Assembly: GCA_963823335.1 (NCBI GenBank)
Contig: CAWGLD010000001.1
Location: 1,344,001 to 1,408,000 of the forward strand
From: an uncultured delta proteobacterium
Lineage (GTDB): Bacteria; Desulfobacterota; Desulfobacteria; Desulfobacterales; B30-G6
Direction: 5' to 3'
Length of the DNA: 64,000 bases
The position numbers were made by a program, and so were the translations under genes. The notes beneath the pieces are model-generated. The model was not told where the DNA came from and ran no database searches. It saw nothing but the letters and a program-made list of their open reading frames with translations. Positions 60,087 through 64,000 of the stretch are shown here, in pieces; within the stretch, counting starts at the first letter, position 1, and every line of letters begins with the position of its first letter.

Positions 60087-61250
60087 ATGCATCAAGTATT
60101 TCCATTCACGACTCCGCTTATCCAGTTCGGGATGGATACCATCGATACTCTCGGACAGGAAGCAAAGAAGCTGGGGTCAGGGAAAGTGCTGATAGTAACG
60201 GGTCCGTCCGTCGCCAAACACGGCGCTCTCGATCGGGCCATTACCAGCTTAAAGGCCGTATCCATTGAATACGTCGTTGCTATTGTGGAAAGGGATACAC
60301 CCGAACCCGCCACGAGCATTGCCGAGGAAACTGCCAAAAAAATATTAAGCGAGGATGCCAAGGTAATCGTCGGGATTGGCGGCGGGAGTGTTTTAGATGT
60401 TGCCAAGATGAGTTCCGCCCTGGCCGTCAATCTGGGAAAGGTTCGAGACTATTTTGGTAAAGACAAGGTTCCCGAACGCGGCCGGCCCACGATAATGGTC
60501 CCGACCACCTCTGGGACCGGTGCTGAAGTAACCAAACACGCCATTTTCCTGGACAAGGAAAGCGAAGTAAAAAAAGCAGTTGCCTCAAATGCACTTTTGC
60601 CGAATGTGGCCATTGTAGACCCGCTGCTTACAGTAAGTTGTCCGCCATCTGTGACGGCCGCAGCCGGTATTGACGCCTTTATCCATGCGGCCGAATCATA
60701 TCTTTCCAAACTGGCAAACCCACTTACCGGGGCCATGGCCCTGGAGTCGGTCAAGATTATCTACAATAATTTGGGTCCGGTTTATGCCGATGGGGATAAT
60801 CTGGAGGCCCGTTACTGGATGTCCATGGGCAGCATGATGTCCGGCCTGGTTCTGAACAATTCGGGTACCAGTCTCGTCCATGCACTGGCCTATCCCATTG
60901 GTGGGGAACTTCATACGCCGCACGGTCTCAGTCTGACCGCTATCATTCTTTCTTGTTTCGACTATATCTCAATGGCTAAGCTGGATCATTTCGTTCATTT
61001 GGCCGAAGCCATCGGTGAACCGGTGGAAGGATTGTCCAAGCGGGAGATTGTCGCGGTTTTTCTCAATGCCCTGCGTGAATGGATGGTAGAATTGGGCCTG
61101 CCTGTTTGCCTGAGTGACCTGGATATTACTGACAAGGGTAAGGTAGCCCGTTGGGCGATAGAAGGTCATAACGAACAACGACTGCTTTCCCGCTGCGCAC
61201 GGAATCTGACAGTCAAGGACTGCGAAAACATCTATAACAACGCATTCTGA
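60087..61250 (+). CDS. Iron-containing alcohol dehydrogenase
   Basis: GIGGGSVLDVAK, PTTSGTGAEVT, DAFIHAAE, HALAY...HG. Confidence 0.93.
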   Translation: MHQVFPFTTPLIQFGMDTIDTLGQEAKKLGSGKVLIVTGPSVAKHGALDRAITSLKAVSIEYVVAIVERDTPEPATSIAEETAKKILSEDAKVIVGIGGGSVLDVAKMSSALAVNLGKVRDYFGKDKVPERGRPTIMVPTTSGTGAEVTKHAIFLDKESEVKKAVASNALLPNVAIVDPLLTVSCPPSVTAAAGIDAFIHAAESYLSKLANPLTGAMALESVKIIYNNLGPVYADGDNLEARYWMSMGSMMSGLVLNNSGTSLVHALAYPIGGELHTPHGLSLTAIILSCFDYISMAKLDHFVHLAEAIGEPVEGLSKREIVAVFLNALREWMVELGLPVCLSDLDITDKGKVARWAIEGHNEQRLLSRCARNLTVKDCENIYNNAF

Positions 61251-61468
61251 TGTTTGTGGTCGACGGCCACCAAATAATCACAGCGCCTTTATCGACAGAA
61301 GACTTCTTCATGGAGTTTCGAAATTGCTGCCTTCTCAATTTTCTCCGATCCCCAGCTTGTCCGGCATTTATTCCTCACAAAAGATTACAGATGTAAATGG
61401 CAAACAAACAATCAAAGGCAGATGTATAAGTGATTTCATAAAATTTTTCTGCGATACGATAAACTTTT

Positions 61469-62482
61469 CTAATCAGAAACCTGCTCCCAATACTTAGGAT
61501 AGATCAGAATCCCATGGGCCATATTTACATTGAGAGTTCTTATTTCTTTTATGTTTAGCGCCTTCATGAACCCTAACACCAAGGTTAGATTGGATACATC
61601 GGTTGCAGCGTAATCACCGCCGATCTCTTCTTCCGATAGCGCTTGCCGGACTGCCAACGTTCTTTCCACATCAGAAATGGTGTAGGTCTTCCCGTCTTTG
61701 ACACTCTGTTTCCGGACACTGTGGTAATGAACGCCACCGATTCCCAGCACCTTCAGATTTCCGGCCTTTGCTTTGATGACATTCGGAACATGAATTTCAG
61801 CATAATCTCGTGCCAGATTTACGGCTTTGGTGGCTACTGCTTTGCCCATGGGATTGGGAGATTTGACATCCCTTGACGATTTTCCTTGAATGTCGGTGAT
61901 GATCGTATTTTTCATGCTCATGGATGCCAATTCCCCTTCATAGACATCGAATGAATTGTTATCCTTGGCGATGACCATCTGCATGCTGCCGCCACCGATA
62001 TCCCAGACCAAACATTCCTTTTTTTCCAAGTCAGTTTGCGGATATGCTGCCAGAAACCCCAGAATGGCTTCGGTTCTTTGAGATATGATCTGTGTACGGA
62101 TTCCAAGTTCTTTCTCGATTCTTTCCGTAAACATTTTCCCATTGTCCGATGTGCGGAAGGCCGAGGTTGCAACCCCCACGAATTGTTCAGTATTATAATT
62201 TTGAGCGATGTTTTTAAATTGCTGGAGAGCCGTTAGACCTTTTCTTTGAATGTCTTCACTGAATTTGCCCTGCGAAATACCAAGGTCCTCTTTATACGCG
62301 ACGTCTATTTCTTCTTCCGCGAGAATTTGTATCACATGTTGTTGGCATGTATCCACTCTCGCCACTACCATTTTTGTTGTGCTGGAGCCGATGTCGAATG
62401 CAGCCCGATTTACAAGACATTCATCAGCAAATACATTCGTTATCGCCAAAAGCATACAAACGATTATTGTTAGGTATCTCAT
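61469..62482 (-). CDS. Exported Ppx/GppA-like ASKHA phosphatase
   Basis: Signal peptide; AAFDIGSSTTK, VATSAFR, EAILGF, WDIGGGSMQ. Confidence 0.82.
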   Translation of the reverse strand: MRYLTIIVCMLLAITNVFADECLVNRAAFDIGSSTTKMVVARVDTCQQHVIQILAEEEIDVAYKEDLGISQGKFSEDIQRKGLTALQQFKNIAQNYNTEQFVGVATSAFRTSDNGKMFTERIEKELGIRTQIISQRTEAILGFLAAYPQTDLEKKECLVWDIGGGSMQMVIAKDNNSFDVYEGELASMSMKNTIITDIQGKSSRDVKSPNPMGKAVATKAVNLARDYAEIHVPNVIKAKAGNLKVLGIGGVHYHSVRKQSVKDGKTYTISDVERTLAVRQALSEEEIGGDYAATDVSNLTLVLGFMKALNIKEIRTLNVNMAHGILIYPKYWEQVSD

Positions 62483-62628
62483 GATTCCTCCTTTCATTTT
62501 TGACGGTTGCCGAAAATGTCGCCTGACAATTTAGTTCAGTAATAGGTATCGAAAGCTATTGGTTATTTTTCGGTTTTATTTCATGAGAAATGAAAGTGGA
62601 ATAAATGGCTTAAAGAGAATGGAAAATG

Positions 62629-64000
62629 TCAAAATTCTGCGAGGATTTCCTGGGCAACAGGAGGGAAAAACATGACATGGTGTTGGTCTCCATCAACAAG
62701 AAATATGTCGACAAATCCCGACCTCTCCAGAGCCCTTATCATACTGACCATAATGCAAGGTTGGGTTTCGTCATTCGGCACAATGCCCACATCATTCAAA
62801 TTGGTTAAAATAACAAAGGGTAATTTAATTGATAGAGAGGGGCTAAAGGCTCCGCTGGGCACATTCCCAAAAGTGACTTTTGCTTTACGGGCGGCCTGCT
62901 GCAAAGCGTTTTCATATAAATTTAAACGGAGCGAATCTGAAAAGCTTTTAGGACGATTGTGGGTCTTGCAGGTTCTTGAAAGAATCGAACTTCTCCACGT
63001 TTCGCGAATATTCTTTGCTGGATGATAGTAAATATTTGAGAAAAGTTTATTTGAAGGCGAGAGTAAAAATAAGAAATTCCGCAGCCATGGCTCTTGACTA
63101 AGGGCTTCAGAGAGTCGATTTTTTAATTCATCGGCCTTTTCATCAAATTTAACTGATGTCAGGTCTGCCTGTGTAATCTCTGATCTGTGTATACCCTTTG
63201 AATCTTCACTTTCTAGGAGATGATACATCAACCATTCATGAATTCGCCATTCAATGAGCCGATCCGTACTCAAATAAATCGGCTCCAAATGATGATATTC
63301 ATAGCTTTCGATATTGGTTTGCGCATAGCCTCTGAACCCTTCTCCACGCCCGGCAGCTATCACTGCAACTTTTGGGTTTTCTTCTTTATACGCGCTGAGC
63401 AACTCAAGAAGTTTTTTTGAAGAAGAAGGTGCAACTTCATCCAAGGAGTCAACAATGATAGCGGTAAAATCCATCTTGCTACTGATTTTTATTCTTTCTC
63501 CTTTGATGTCGTAAAAAAAACCATAGCTTATTAATAATTGGCCGAGGGTCTCGGTAGCGCTTTGCTTGGTTTCAAATAGATCTGAATCCAATCTTGGAAG
63601 GCAGCTGATAGCGACACTATTAATTATGAGATCATCCTCCATGGTTGAATGCGGGGAAGGCGTTGGTTCCTGCCTGCATTCAGGATCATCTTTTCGATTT
63701 TGAGCCCGAAAGGATTTGTCGAGATCAAGCATGGCTAATTTGTTGTTATTTGAAGGGCGCTCAGGATCGATTGCCGGACATGCCAACCATTTTAAAAAAG
63801 TAGATTTCCCCGTACCCGGTCCACCGGCGATCAATACAATTTTGTTGTTGGAATTATAGGGGTAAGTCTTTCCGTTTCTAATAGCCTCCGCAATGGTAGC
63901 AAGTGCCGGCTGATTTTTGGTATAGAGGCGGGCAAAATGTATGGGAACACGAACACCGCTGATAGATTTCACGAAAAGCGGTATATCATCGAAGCGCTGT
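62629..64000 (-). CDS. NACHT/STAND-like P-loop NTPase (5' part outside window)
   Basis: GGPGTGKST Walker A, IIVDSLDEV Walker B, VIAAGR sensor-like segment; frame stays open to the window end. Confidence 0.65.
   Translation of the reverse strand, partial: QRFDDIPLFVKSISGVRVPIHFARLYTKNQPALATIAEAIRNGKTYPYNSNNKIVLIAGGPGTGKSTFLKWLACPAIDPERPSNNNKLAMLDLDKSFRAQNRKDDPECRQEPTPSPHSTMEDDLIINSVAISCLPRLDSDLFETKQSATETLGQLLISYGFFYDIKGERIKISSKMDFTAIIVDSLDEVAPSSSKKLLELLSAYKEENPKVAVIAAGRGEGFRGYAQTNIESYEYHHLEPIYLSTDRLIEWRIHEWLMYHLLESEDSKGIHRSEITQADLTSVKFDEKADELKNRLSEALSQEPWLRNFLFLLSPSNKLFSNIYYHPAKNIRETWRSSILSRTCKTHNRPKSFSDSLRLNLYENALQQAARKAKVTFGNVPSGAFSPSLSIKLPFVILTNLNDVGIVPNDETQPCIMVSMIRALERSGFVDIFLVDGDQHHVMFFPPVAQEILAEF

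Larger units (their letters stand above)
43966..64000. mobile_element. Degenerate tRNA-Pro-targeted genomic island (right end not seen)
   Basis: att remnant and integrase fragment, then accessory genes, pseudogenes, mixed base composition and no core genes. Confidence 0.65.

Noticed and set aside
1-64000. CRISPR array, cas genes, rRNA, intact transposase
   Set aside because: No regularly spaced repeat-spacer series or such genes seen; the repeats found are dispersed palindromes

Overview
Bacterial chromosomal segment whose gene set and style suggest a Desulfobacterales-like deltaproteobacterium (inference, no search run). 1-26.1 kb is mostly core genome: pilM(3' end)NOPQ converging on a serS-thrC-LysM-pilotin unit, 5-formyl-THF cyclo-ligase, K+ channel, pcm, rsmD-coaD-nrdJ, comM, an FAD oxidase, and rplU-rpmA-obg-nadD-rsfS-gpmI. 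26.5-43.8 kb is mixed metabolism: CitE-like lyase, acyl-CoA ligase, MoxR-DUF58-transglutaminase (frameshifted), PfkB, Cys/Met lyase, ferritin-like protein, a co-oriented FGGY kinase / sphingosine-1-phosphate-lyase homolog / Zn-ADH trio, an octaheme HAO-like cytochrome, cyclophilin and a lipoprotein Tpx. At 43,966 a displaced 3' half of tRNA-Pro(TGG) beside a truncated tyrosine integrase marks the left edge of a decaying genomic island that probably runs past the window end. The island carries transporters, catabolic enzymes, several pseudogenes and a NACHT-like NTPase. Intergenic DNA holds at least four small repeat families, including a 41-nt double hairpin with compensatory base changes that sits just before the RBS of three unrelated genes. 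The best candidates for something new are the FGGY-SPL-ADH trio and the 41-nt element. No CRISPR array, rRNA or intact tRNA was seen. All calls are by-eye motif recognition.
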